From NCBI GenBank assembly GCA_024653875.1, contig JANLHE010000484.1, forward strand, positions 1 to 33,031: DNA of 33,031 nt. The letters are read 5' to 3'. The notes beneath the pieces are model-generated. The model worked only from the letters and a program-made list of their open reading frames with translations. It searched no databases and was not told where the DNA came from. The position numbers and the translations under genes are program-made. This document shows, in pieces, positions 6,124 to 13,813 of this stretch; within the stretch, counting starts at the first letter, position 1; every line of letters starts with the position of its first letter. Source of the DNA: Acidobacteriota bacterium. Lineage in GTDB: Bacteria > Acidobacteriota > Vicinamibacteria > Vicinamibacterales > SCN-69-37.

Positions 6124-7196
6124 CAGAGAACGCTCCCATCTTCAAGCCGTGCGCCGTTGAGGTACCCGCTGACCGTGCGACCGTTGATCGTCGCGGATTG
6201 AATGCAACGCCCCTTCAGATCCCCGTAGAGTTCCGGTCGCCCTGACGGGTCGTTGAACTCCGCTTGCATGTCGTACTCCGCGACGACGAGCTTCTGCGTC
6301 GTCAGCGTGCCGAGCACGTCCTGAATGGCCCCGATGATGCCGCCCTGCTTCGGGCGCACGTCGAGCACGGCCGCGTTGACATCGAATTGCATGTAGTGGT
6401 AGTCGATCTTCCCGGTGGCCCACCGTTGAAAATCGAATCGGTTCCACACGTCGTACCGCTTCCCAGTGGCGTAGCCTTCGTTCTCGTCTGACCACCACGC
6501 GCACGCTTCGTTGATCCAATGCACGGCCACCTTGCACCCGCGCGCGTGCAGATATGGAGCCGCCCAGTTGATGTAGTCGCAGCAGTCGATTGGCGACATG
6601 CGCTGATCCATCTGCCAGGCGAGACAGCCGATCTTCATGCCCGCGGCGATCAGGTCGTCAATCCACAGCTTCAGTTCGTTGGGGTCCGGAGCCCCGTTGT
6701 CGATGGCGAGGTTGACGATGGGGAACGGGATGCGGGCCGCGCATTCACGGACGCTTTGTAGAGCTTCTTCCCTTGAGCAGGCCGGCGCGCCTTCCGCCGT
6801 CATGCGCCCCATCCATGCCGCCCGATGCAGGTCGATGTGCGTGTTGCCTGCGGCTACTAGTGCGTCGAGCATCTGATCGCCCGCGCCCTTCAACATGTAC
6901 TGGTAGTGAAACCAGGTCACGATGAACGACGGATCGAACGTGTTGCCGCCGACCTGCGGAAGTCCCGCCTTGCGCAACCCCATGACGTTGGCGCGATGAA
7001 AGTCGATGTCCACGCCGGGACGCACGAAGGGCAACGTCGGGTCGAAGGCGTCATGCGTCCAGCATCCGGCCTGCGGGTTGCCAGGCTGCGCCCCTGTCGG
7101 CTGCGGGAACGGCGGCAACAGCTCGCGCGGCGGCGGCGGCCACGGGCTAGGCCCGCCGCGTCCGAGCGCCGCGACGATGTTAGAAACCCGAGACAT
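6123..7196 (-). CDS. Hypothetical 357-aa protein with a Pro-rich N-terminus. Possibly a TIM-barrel-like hydrolase (unsupported guess).
   Basis: Long ORF with good coding character and no family motif I can name. It overlaps the upstream gene by 17 nt. Confidence 0.6.
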   Translation of the reverse strand: MSRVSNIVAALGRGGPSPWPPPPRELLPPFPQPTGAQPGNPQAGCWTHDAFDPTLPFVRPGVDIDFHRANVMGLRKAGLPQVGGNTFDPSFIVTWFHYQYMLKGAGDQMLDALVAAGNTHIDLHRAAWMGRMTAEGAPACSREEALQSVRECAARIPFPIVNLAIDNGAPDPNELKLWIDDLIAAGMKIGCLAWQMDQRMSPIDCCDYINWAAPYLHARGCKVAVHWINEACAWWSDENEGYATGKRYDVWNRFDFQRWATGKIDYHYMQFDVNAAVLDVRPKQGGIIGAIQDVLGTLTTQKLVVAEYDMQAEFNDPSGRPELYGDLKGRCIQSATINGRTVSGYLNGARLEDGSVL

Positions 7197-8982
7197 CGAC
7201 GCCCGCGAACGTGTGGAAGTTGTCCGGCTCGCCGGGGTTCGCGCTGTTCACGGTCACGAGATCGCCCTTGACCGCAAACTGCTCAAACCGCCCGTCGGCG
7301 TTGCCGTCCGCGCCACGAACTGACCCGTCGCGCTCGACGGAGAACACGCCGCCGCCTCGCATGGACAGCCGCTGCTTGCCTGCCGCGGTGGACGGCCTTG
7401 TGCCGTCGTAGTGAATGACGCCTGCGATGTCAGCCATGAAAACTCCTCCAAGGAAAACGGGTTCGGGACTTGGTTCGGGATCGGGAATTGGATCTGGAAC
7501 AGGCACGGGCGCTGGCGTCGGCCCAGGAGTGGGCACGATCACGCCCAGATTAGGTAGGCCGTCGCTTGCCGCCAGCAGCCGGTCTACATATGGCGCGAGT
7601 TCCGGGTACGTCCCGATGCCGCCACTGCGGCCAGGGCCAGAGAAGCAGCCGATCAGCGTGACGGACGGGTGTCGGCGCACCACGTCGAACAAGGGCCGCT
7701 GGTGAGCCAAACACTCAGCGAGGCTCCACGTCGGCGGCGTTTGCACGTAGGACGGCCACGCCACAGCGAGACGCGGATGGACGCCCTCAAGGCGCGAGAG
7801 TTCGCGGTCAATCTCGGCCGGCGTGGCGGTCGGGTAACACTTGAGCATGAGGAAATCGCCCGACGTCGGCCAGACGCTCCGATCTGGGTAGGGGAACTCA
7901 TCCGAGTACCAGATCACTGGAACCCCGCGGCGATCCGCTATCTGTCGTGGGTCCCACGTTTGATACACGTCCGCGAAGATCGCGATCAGTTGTCCGACCG
8001 GCACGCTCGCCGCGCTCTCGAGATCGGCAATCACGGGCCGCGTCTTGTCGCGCACCGAGAACCACGGCACGCCGTCAGTGAGAATTTCGAAGTGCCCCGG
8101 CGCATCGAACGCGCCCGCGCCGGTTGTCACCTTGAAATAACCGACGCCGACCTTGCGGTTGAGCTTTGGCCACGCGGGAAACGGGATCGGTTGCGCGTCA
8201 GCCAGGCGCACACGCGCCCGCGTGATCGGCCCGACGTGGCCGGTGTTCCCCGACCAGCAGGCTTCGATCTCGCACGGCGCCGGCGACCAGAGCGCCAGCC
8301 CGAACGTCTCCCGCGTCGACAGGACAAAGCCTTTCGAGGCGTCCGAGAGCTGGTGCAACAGCAGCCGGTCGGATTGCGTGCCGTAGGCGATCCAGACCTC
8401 GCCGTCCACCTCGATCAGGGCCGGGCCGTAGGCGGGCTCAATCTGGGCCGGCGCCGGCAGGCCCGAGGCGCGGAGGATGTTCTGCCCGTCCGCGATCGTC
8501 CAGACGAAGCGCCCGCCGTCGAGGCAGGCGAACTGCCCGACCTGGACCCGCGCGTCCGGCAGCACGTAGGCCGGCTGGAGCTGGCCCGGCCGGTAGGCCG
8601 CGATGCCGCGATCTCCCTGATAGTCCACGACGACAAATGCGGTCCCGTCCGGAGCCATACCTAGAGCGGCGGCAGCGGGCAACCGGAGCGCCCACGGCGC
8701 ACGCACGCCACCATTCCCCGCCAGGAAGGCCAGCCACTGCCCCCCTCCCGCGTAGAGCGGCGAGCTGCCTTGCGGGTCCACGAGTTCATCCGACCCGCCC
8801 CAGAGCCCGCAGCGGTGCAGCGTGTCGTCCGCCGCCCGGTACACGATCGTCTCGTCGTCGAGCAGCGCAGGATCGCCCGCCGGCCCGCCGTGCAGCATCA
8901 GGAGTGCCCCATCCGGCGCGGCGATCTGCACGCCACTGCCGGCGTAGCCTGAGACCACGACGCCCGACCGGGTGACGTTCAC
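7180..8982 (-). CDS. Hypothetical 600-aa multidomain protein
   Basis: Three parts are visible: a beta-rich N-terminal region, a central domain, and a small C-terminal domain after a Pro-rich linker, PTPGPTPAPVPVPDPIPDPEPSPEP (about 7459-7540). The GTG start forms a GTGA overlap with the upstream micro-ORF. Confidence 0.65.
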   Translation of the reverse strand: MNVTRSGVVVSGYAGSGVQIAAPDGALLMLHGGPAGDPALLDDETIVYRAADDTLHRCGLWGGSDELVDPQGSSPLYAGGGQWLAFLAGNGGVRAPWALRLPAAAALGMAPDGTAFVVVDYQGDRGIAAYRPGQLQPAYVLPDARVQVGQFACLDGGRFVWTIADGQNILRASGLPAPAQIEPAYGPALIEVDGEVWIAYGTQSDRLLLHQLSDASKGFVLSTRETFGLALWSPAPCEIEACWSGNTGHVGPITRARVRLADAQPIPFPAWPKLNRKVGVGYFKVTTGAGAFDAPGHFEILTDGVPWFSVRDKTRPVIADLESAASVPVGQLIAIFADVYQTWDPRQIADRRGVPVIWYSDEFPYPDRSVWPTSGDFLMLKCYPTATPAEIDRELSRLEGVHPRLAVAWPSYVQTPPTWSLAECLAHQRPLFDVVRRHPSVTLIGCFSGPGRSGGIGTYPELAPYVDRLLAASDGLPNLGVIVPTPGPTPAPVPVPDPIPDPEPSPEPVFLGGVFMADIAGVIHYDGTRPSTAAGKQRLSMRGGGVFSVERDGSVRGADGNADGRFEQFAVKGDLVTVNSANPGEPDNFHTFAGVDVSGF

Positions 8983-9077
8983 TCTCGATCGTCCTTGCCG
9001 CCAAGGGCCAGCAAAATCCCGGCGATGCCGGCGAGCACCAGCAGCACCACGAGCCCGCCGATCGCGAACGTGCCCAT
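8979..9077 (-). CDS. 32-aa single-pass membrane peptide
   Basis: MGTFAIGGLVVLLVLAGIAGILLALGGKDDRE. The internal ATG at 9077 lies one nt after the stop of the upstream gene. The longer track form (to 9176) overlaps that gene. Confidence 0.45.
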   Translation of the reverse strand: MGTFAIGGLVVLLVLAGIAGILLALGGKDDRE

Positions 9078-9078
9078 G

Positions 9079-9288
9079 TCAGTCCTTCCGTGCCGGCCCG
9101 CTGGCAGCCGCATGGCCGCAGTCCACGTTTTCTTCCTGCTCTTGTGGAGGCCAGTCTCCGCTTTCCATGCGCCCACTCATGACGCGCGTCACGTCGTAGA
9201 ACGCTTTGCGTAGCTGCGTATCGCGGACATACGAATAGCCGGGCACGATCTTCCCGTCCACGAGGCGGAAGGATTCCGTCAACGGCAT
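9079..9288 (-). CDS. Hypothetical 69-aa protein
   Basis: The ATG at 9288 (MPLTESFRLVDGK...) forms a TGATG overlap with the upstream micro-ORF. Confidence 0.5.
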   Translation of the reverse strand: MPLTESFRLVDGKIVPGYSYVRDTQLRKAFYDVTRVMSGRMESGDWPPQEQEENVDCGHAAASGPARKD

Positions 9289-9464
9289 CACGCTTGATCC
9301 TTTGGCGGCTGGCCGCACTCGAAGGCATCCGCGATTTCCCGCAGGCGCGCGGACACGGCGGCGGGTTCTCCGCCTGCTACTGATCGCAGGATGCGGGCGA
9401 CTTCGCGCCTGACACCCCAGAGCACTTCGGGAATGCCGCGAACATCAATGTGCGCGTTGGCCAT
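9288..9464 (-). CDS. Unlisted hypothetical 58-aa protein
   Basis: My translation is MANAHIDVRGIPEVLWGVRREVARILRSVAGGEPAAVSARLREIADAFECGQPPKDQA*. It has TGATG overlaps at both ends and fills the gap after the transglycosylase gene. Confidence 0.5.
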   Translation of the reverse strand: MANAHIDVRGIPEVLWGVRREVARILRSVAGGEPAAVSARLREIADAFECGQPPKDQA

Positions 9465-10000
9465 CACACATGCCTCCGGATGGCGTCCAGTCCCGCCAAA
9501 ACGTGCGCGGAGTACGCTTGCCCCGCCGTTCCCTCGGCACCGCCGCGGCCCGCGTTATAAGCCCCGAGCGCCTTCCGCACGTTGCCTTGTGCCCATTTCA
9601 GATGTGAGGCGAGATGCCGGCAGCCGAGATCAAGATTCAGATCCGGCTGCGTCAACTCCGGCAGGTACGGCACCTTGCATCCGAGTTCACGCGCGACGGC
9701 GCCCATGACTTGCATCAGGCCCCATGAAGCCTGTTGAGCTAGCCACTCGTTGTCTCTGTCTCCGGCGAGCACTGGAAAGTCCAACGGCGGCGTCTTGCTC
9801 GACGCTTCCGCCTGCGTCAACGCGCGGAACGGCTGATGCGTGCGGACGTTGTAGAGCCAGCGGTATTTCGGTTCAGGATTCCAGGCGAAGGGATTGCCGC
9901 CGCTCTCCACTTGCACGACCGCCTCGACCAGATCGGGCTCGAGGCTGTACGCCATCGCCGCGCCGACAATCAGCAGTCGCAGTTCTGCCTGTTCCATCAT
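9464..10000 (-). CDS. Lytic transglycosylase (SLT domain), the probable endolysin
   Basis: SLT motifs are present in order: VQVESGGNP (catalytic Glu-Ser), GLMQVMG, AYNAG. Confidence 0.85.
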   Translation of the reverse strand: MMEQAELRLLIVGAAMAYSLEPDLVEAVVQVESGGNPFAWNPEPKYRWLYNVRTHQPFRALTQAEASSKTPPLDFPVLAGDRDNEWLAQQASWGLMQVMGAVARELGCKVPYLPELTQPDLNLDLGCRHLASHLKWAQGNVRKALGAYNAGRGGAEGTAGQAYSAHVLAGLDAIRRHV

Positions 10001-10425
10001 TGGAGTTTCCCAAAGAATCCGAGGACCGCGACGGTGCTGGTGACTAACGCAATAGCCACGAGCACGATCGTTTTTAGGTCCGAGAACAATGTGCGCCGCC
10101 CGGCTTTCACTTCACTTTTCACGTCACTAACGTCGCGCTCGACGGCGGCAAGGCGCGGGGCGTGCCCGTTCAGCGTGGCCTCATGCTGGCGCACGCGCCC
10201 GTTCGTTTCTCTAACTTGCACGGTCAGATCATCGAGCCGTCGCGTCACTTCCTCGGAGCGCAACGAGTGCAGCTCGTCCGACTGGTTGAACCGCTGAATC
10301 AGTAGTTCGCGGAGCGCCGCAATCTCGTCCGTTTGCATGTCCCCCAACTTCCCCGCCAAACGCAAAGCCTCCACACTGATCGCCCTACCTATGGCGTCAG
10401 CGGGAGGCTCAATTCCCGTGCTCAA
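9997..10425 (-). CDS. Coiled-coil protein with a C-terminal TM anchor (holin or lysis-accessory candidate)
   Basis: The C-terminus is TIVLVAIALVTSTVAVLGFFG. ATGA overlap with the transglycosylase gene. The start is uncertain: TTG at 10425 has no SD, and an alternative ATG at 10338 is preceded by a G-rich stretch. Confidence 0.6.
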   Translation of the reverse strand: MSTGIEPPADAIGRAISVEALRLAGKLGDMQTDEIAALRELLIQRFNQSDELHSLRSEEVTRRLDDLTVQVRETNGRVRQHEATLNGHAPRLAAVERDVSDVKSEVKAGRRTLFSDLKTIVLVAIALVTSTVAVLGFFGKLQ

Positions 10426-10430
10426 CTTGG

Positions 10431-10493
10431 TTGCGTCCGCAGGGCCGAGCTGCCCCTTGTCGCCGGCTCATGAGACCGGCCGAGCGGACGCAA
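10431..10493. repeat. Nested inverted repeat between the tail-fibre block and the lysis block
   Basis: The outer stem is TTGCGTCCGC (10431-10440) paired with GCGGACGCAA (10484-10493). The inner hairpin is GCCGG-CTCATGAGA-CCGGC (10462-10480). No U-tract follows on either strand. Confidence 0.7.
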
Positions 10494-10503
10494 TTGCTTG
10501 CCG

Positions 10504-10752
10504 CTACTGCTTCACAATCGTCAAGGCCTCGTCGTTCATCTGGTAGTTCGCGGCCGGGTCCAGCCCAAGCGTCTGCATGCACGCCACGACGGCCTGTGCC
10601 GCTTGCTGGTGCGCCTGCTGGGCCGCTTGCGCCTGCTGGACCGCCAGATTCGCCCGGCCGACCAGGGCGCTCAACTGCCAGTACTGCTCCTTGTGGAGCT
10701 TGATCGGCTTGGCCGGATCGGGCGCGTCGGTCGGTTTCTTCTCTTTCGCCAT
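10504..10752 (-). CDS. Hypothetical 82-aa helical, Gln/Ala-rich protein (tail-fibre accessory candidate by position)
   Basis: The ATG at 10752 (MAKEKKPTDAPDP...) forms a TGATG overlap with the tail-fibre stop. The longer track form overlaps the fibre gene. Confidence 0.55.
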   Translation of the reverse strand: MAKEKKPTDAPDPAKPIKLHKEQYWQLSALVGRANLAVQQAQAAQQAHQQAAQAVVACMQTLGLDPAANYQMNDEALTIVKQ

Positions 10753-12242
10753 CAGTGGACCCTCTGTATCTGGCGTTCCAGTTGAGCAAGGCGGGCGTCC
10801 ACGTCGCGGAACGCGAGCGCGTAGGTGCCGAGAATTGAAATCTCGTTCAGGCACGGCTCCTGCTGCGGGCCGGAGTTCTTAAGAAACCAGTCCGTCCGCT
10901 TCCGCCCCACATAGCCGGTGAATGTCTGCGGCGATTTGCCGTCTGGCGTGAGATAGCCTTTGGACTTGAACTCGTAGTCGCTGATTTCTGCGTCGATCAC
11001 GCGCCGGAGTGCGTCAGTTGGCGAGAGTCTCGGCGACCTAATATTGGCCTTGCGCTCGTACCAGCTCGTCTGATCGCCGACCACGGTTCCGCTGGTATCA
11101 GCCGGCGTGCCGTCCTCTTGCGGGGCATTTCCGCTGCCATTAACAATTCGGAGGTCTCCTGTCGCATCCACCCAGACGGCAGAGGTATTGCCGTCCAACC
11201 AGGTCATATATATCGCGCCTGCTGCTCCACTGCCGGACGAGTTGCGCCCGATCTCAATAAACGGCCCAGCCTTAGCACCAGTACCTCGTGCCGCGCTGCT
11301 AAGAGTAAGCGCCCAGCTCGCGCCAGACCAGCCGCCAATCTCTGCCCCTCCGCACACAAACTGAATCGCGTTGTTGCCGTCGCCGCTCTGGTAAATCCCC
11401 GTGTCGGTATCGAGCACGAAACTGTAGCCCGGCGCACCCACTGACCCGCGCGTGGCGAAGGTTTGCCCCGTCACGGTACTTGTCCCCGCTACGCTGATCG
11501 CCCCCGTGAACGTCGCCAACTGGCTCGCCCCGAACGTCACCGCCAGCGCGTTGCGGGAGTAGAGGCGGACGTCGCCAGAAGCGTGCAAAGCCCCGAGTGA
11601 CAAGCCGCCTACGGTGTCCGTGACGACCGCACCGCCGCTCGTGACTACATAGCCGGACGTGCTCTTGTTAGCCGAGAACGCCTGGATGTAAACATCGCCG
11701 CCGCTCGCTCCGGTGTTGGCGACTCGAAATTGTGCGTCGGCGTTCGCGCCGGTATTCGAGTTCAAGAGATCAAGCGCGTTCGCGCTGGTGCTCGACGCGC
11801 TGAACGCGTGCGTGCCTGCGCCGGAGACGGTGAGGAGGCCGCTGCTCGTCACCGCCCCCGCGTTCCACACGCCGGAGGTGATGGTGCCGACCGTGGCGAG
11901 ATTCGCCGCGCTCGTGATCGCCGCCTGGGTCGCGCCTGTGACCGTCGCCGCCGTGCCGCTGGCGTTGCCCGTCACGTTCCCGGTCAGCGGCCCGCTGAAT
12001 CCCGTCGCCGTCAAGACGCCCGTGCTCGCGTTGTACGTGATCCCCGCGTCCGTCTTCGGAGACAGATTCCCCGTGGCGCTTTCCCACAGCCCGACAAAGC
12101 ACGTCGCGGACGTCGAGTCAGCCACCGTGATCGTGCCCGAGACGTTGCCGCTGTACGTCAGGCCATCGTCGGTCAGGCCGGCAAGGGCCGCGTTCCAAAT
12201 CGCGGCTGTAATTAGCTCGCCGGTCGTGCGCGTGGTTGCCAT
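10752..12242 (-). CDS. Tail fibre protein with a C-terminal intramolecular chaperone / peptidase S74-like domain
   Basis: The N-terminus (MATTRTTGELITAAIWNAAL) and the Gly/Thr/Ser/Ala-rich beta-repeat body are typical of fibres. The C-terminus, SWYERKANIR...LNEISILGTYALAFRDVDARLAQLERQI, matches the S-x5-K autoproteolytic chaperone domain layout. Confidence 0.8.
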   Translation of the reverse strand: MATTRTTGELITAAIWNAALAGLTDDGLTYSGNVSGTITVADSTSATCFVGLWESATGNLSPKTDAGITYNASTGVLTATGFSGPLTGNVTGNASGTAATVTGATQAAITSAANLATVGTITSGVWNAGAVTSSGLLTVSGAGTHAFSASSTSANALDLLNSNTGANADAQFRVANTGASGGDVYIQAFSANKSTSGYVVTSGGAVVTDTVGGLSLGALHASGDVRLYSRNALAVTFGASQLATFTGAISVAGTSTVTGQTFATRGSVGAPGYSFVLDTDTGIYQSGDGNNAIQFVCGGAEIGGWSGASWALTLSSAARGTGAKAGPFIEIGRNSSGSGAAGAIYMTWLDGNTSAVWVDATGDLRIVNGSGNAPQEDGTPADTSGTVVGDQTSWYERKANIRSPRLSPTDALRRVIDAEISDYEFKSKGYLTPDGKSPQTFTGYVGRKRTDWFLKNSGPQQEPCLNEISILGTYALAFRDVDARLAQLERQIQRVH

Positions 12243-13813
12243 TAGATGTACCCCAGCCGCGTCGTGACCCCAACCTCAGAGGCCCCAACCTGCCCAAGTA
12301 GCCAGTATTGGAGCGTGTCAGCCGGCGTCAGTCCCCAACTGCAATAGAGCAAATCGCCCGCGCCGATCTGGAGGCGCACGCTGTTGATGTAGTAGCCGTT
12401 CGTCGCGCTCGAGGACGGGATCACGTCCGTCAGTCCAGAGACGGTTTCGACCAATCCCACGCGCGTGCTGATGTCCGAGGTCAACGCGGCCGACATGAGC
12501 GCGGCCGTGTCGCTCGCATAAAACCCGACGCGATTCACGTAGGTCAGCGCGGAATCAAACAGGTGCAGCAACCACTCGGAGACCGCCTGCCCAAAGACCG
12601 GATCGGACTGGTACCACATGTCAAACGACAGGACGTGCTCGCCATAGGCCGTAATCGACGTGCTATCGCTCGACTCCATGAGGGCGTTTTCGTAGTCGTA
12701 GATTCCCTTGCCCCGACACTGAAGTTTCGTGATATAGCCCGCCGTGGCCCCGTTGTTGGTAATCGTGAATCGGGCCCCATTCCCGCCCAGCGCCGCCGTC
12801 ACGCTAAAGTCCGCGGTCAAGTCGGACCCGGTCCCATCGGCCGCCGAGTGCATCGTGTAGTCGGTGGTCGATACTGGCGAGACCATCGCGGTTCCGCCCA
12901 CGCGTGCGGCGCGCTGATTCGGATCGCGGTACGGCCCCAAGAGGACCAGCGTTTGCCCCGGCGCGATGCTGTTCGTGGTGGGCTGCTGGAGTGAGTACAG
13001 GACGGTCGTCGCCGCCGCGTCCACCTGGCGCGGATGGACGGTCACTTGCGTCTTGTTCAGCACGTCGCTCCGCAGCCGCGCCACGTCCATCTGGAGCATC
13101 GTGTTGTCGAACGTGACCGCGTTCGTCGTGTTGATCAGGCGGGTTTGCCGGTTCTCAAACACCAGCGTGCCGCCCTGTGTCGTGTCACCCTTGATGAAGA
13201 TGTAGCCTGGCTCGCTGACCGCCACGCGCTGAAACTCGCTCAGCGCCATCATGGATTCGTCGCGGGACGTATCGAGCGCGTACGGAAACGTGGACAAGCC
13301 GGTCGCGACCGATTGCGCGGCGGGCTGCGACGGGACCGCGGCCACGATGGTCGAAAATACCTGATCGCTGCGCTGGCCCACTTGGGTCGCGAGGCTGGTG
13401 ACTTTCCACCGCGCGGCCTCGTCCATCCAGTCAACCGCCGTGCAGAACACCCGGCGCCCGCGCGAGACCCCGGGCTCTGGCTGGATGCTGTCCAGCACGC
13501 CGCGGAACTTGTAATACGTCGTGCCGCTATACGTGATCGCCACGCGCACGCCGATCCCCAACCCGAACCCGCTCCGGACGTTGGCGTGGTTTGGGCTGTA
13601 GTAGCCGATCAGCCCAGCCGAGTTTGTGGCCATATTGTCAAGCACAAACGTGCAGTGGCCCGTCGAGGCGACCCGATCCAGCGCGGTCGCGCCTTGAATC
13701 CCGTAGTCAATCGTCAACCCGTCGCCCATGCGGACATCGGCCGCCACGTCGGTCCAGCCGCCGCCGACCCCGTTCAATTCGAGTTGCAGGGCCAGGGTAA
13801 TCGCGACACTCAT
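12242..13813 (-). CDS. Distal-tail (Dit)-like minor tail protein
   Basis: It lies immediately after the tape measure (ATGA overlap). The N-terminus, ...WTDVAADVRMGDGLTIDYGIQGATALDRVASTGHCTFVLDN...YYSPNHANVRSGFGL, resembles the conserved N-terminal domain of siphophage minor tail proteins. Confidence 0.6.
   Translation of the reverse strand: MSVAITLALQLELNGVGGGWTDVAADVRMGDGLTIDYGIQGATALDRVASTGHCTFVLDNMATNSAGLIGYYSPNHANVRSGFGLGIGVRVAITYSGTTYYKFRGVLDSIQPEPGVSRGRRVFCTAVDWMDEAARWKVTSLATQVGQRSDQVFSTIVAAVPSQPAAQSVATGLSTFPYALDTSRDESMMALSEFQRVAVSEPGYIFIKGDTTQGGTLVFENRQTRLINTTNAVTFDNTMLQMDVARLRSDVLNKTQVTVHPRQVDAAATTVLYSLQQPTTNSIAPGQTLVLLGPYRDPNQRAARVGGTAMVSPVSTTDYTMHSAADGTGSDLTADFSVTAALGGNGARFTITNNGATAGYITKLQCRGKGIYDYENALMESSDSTSITAYGEHVLSFDMWYQSDPVFGQAVSEWLLHLFDSALTYVNRVGFYASDTAALMSAALTSDISTRVGLVETVSGLTDVIPSSSATNGYYINSVRLQIGAGDLLYCSWGLTPADTLQYWLLGQVGASEVGVTTRLGYI

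Noticed and set aside
2206-7196. Z-genome (2-aminoadenine) pathway, suggested by the dATP/dGTP pyrophosphohydrolase
   Set aside because: I saw no PurA/PurZ-like gene with a GDEGKGK-type P-loop and no HD-domain dATPase anywhere in the window. The 357-aa ORF lacks those motifs.
7669-8664. 331-aa + strand ORF opposite the 600-aa gene. The same applies to 14338..15564, 19159..20268, 21080..22018 and 25165..26118.
   Set aside because: All are antisense shadows with Arg-rich, low-complexity translations. Each lies opposite a gene with recognisable motifs or a clear syntenic role.
10752-12242. Diversity-generating retroelement targeting the tail fibre
   Set aside because: The window contains no reverse transcriptase gene, and I saw no template/variable repeat pair matching the fibre 3' end.
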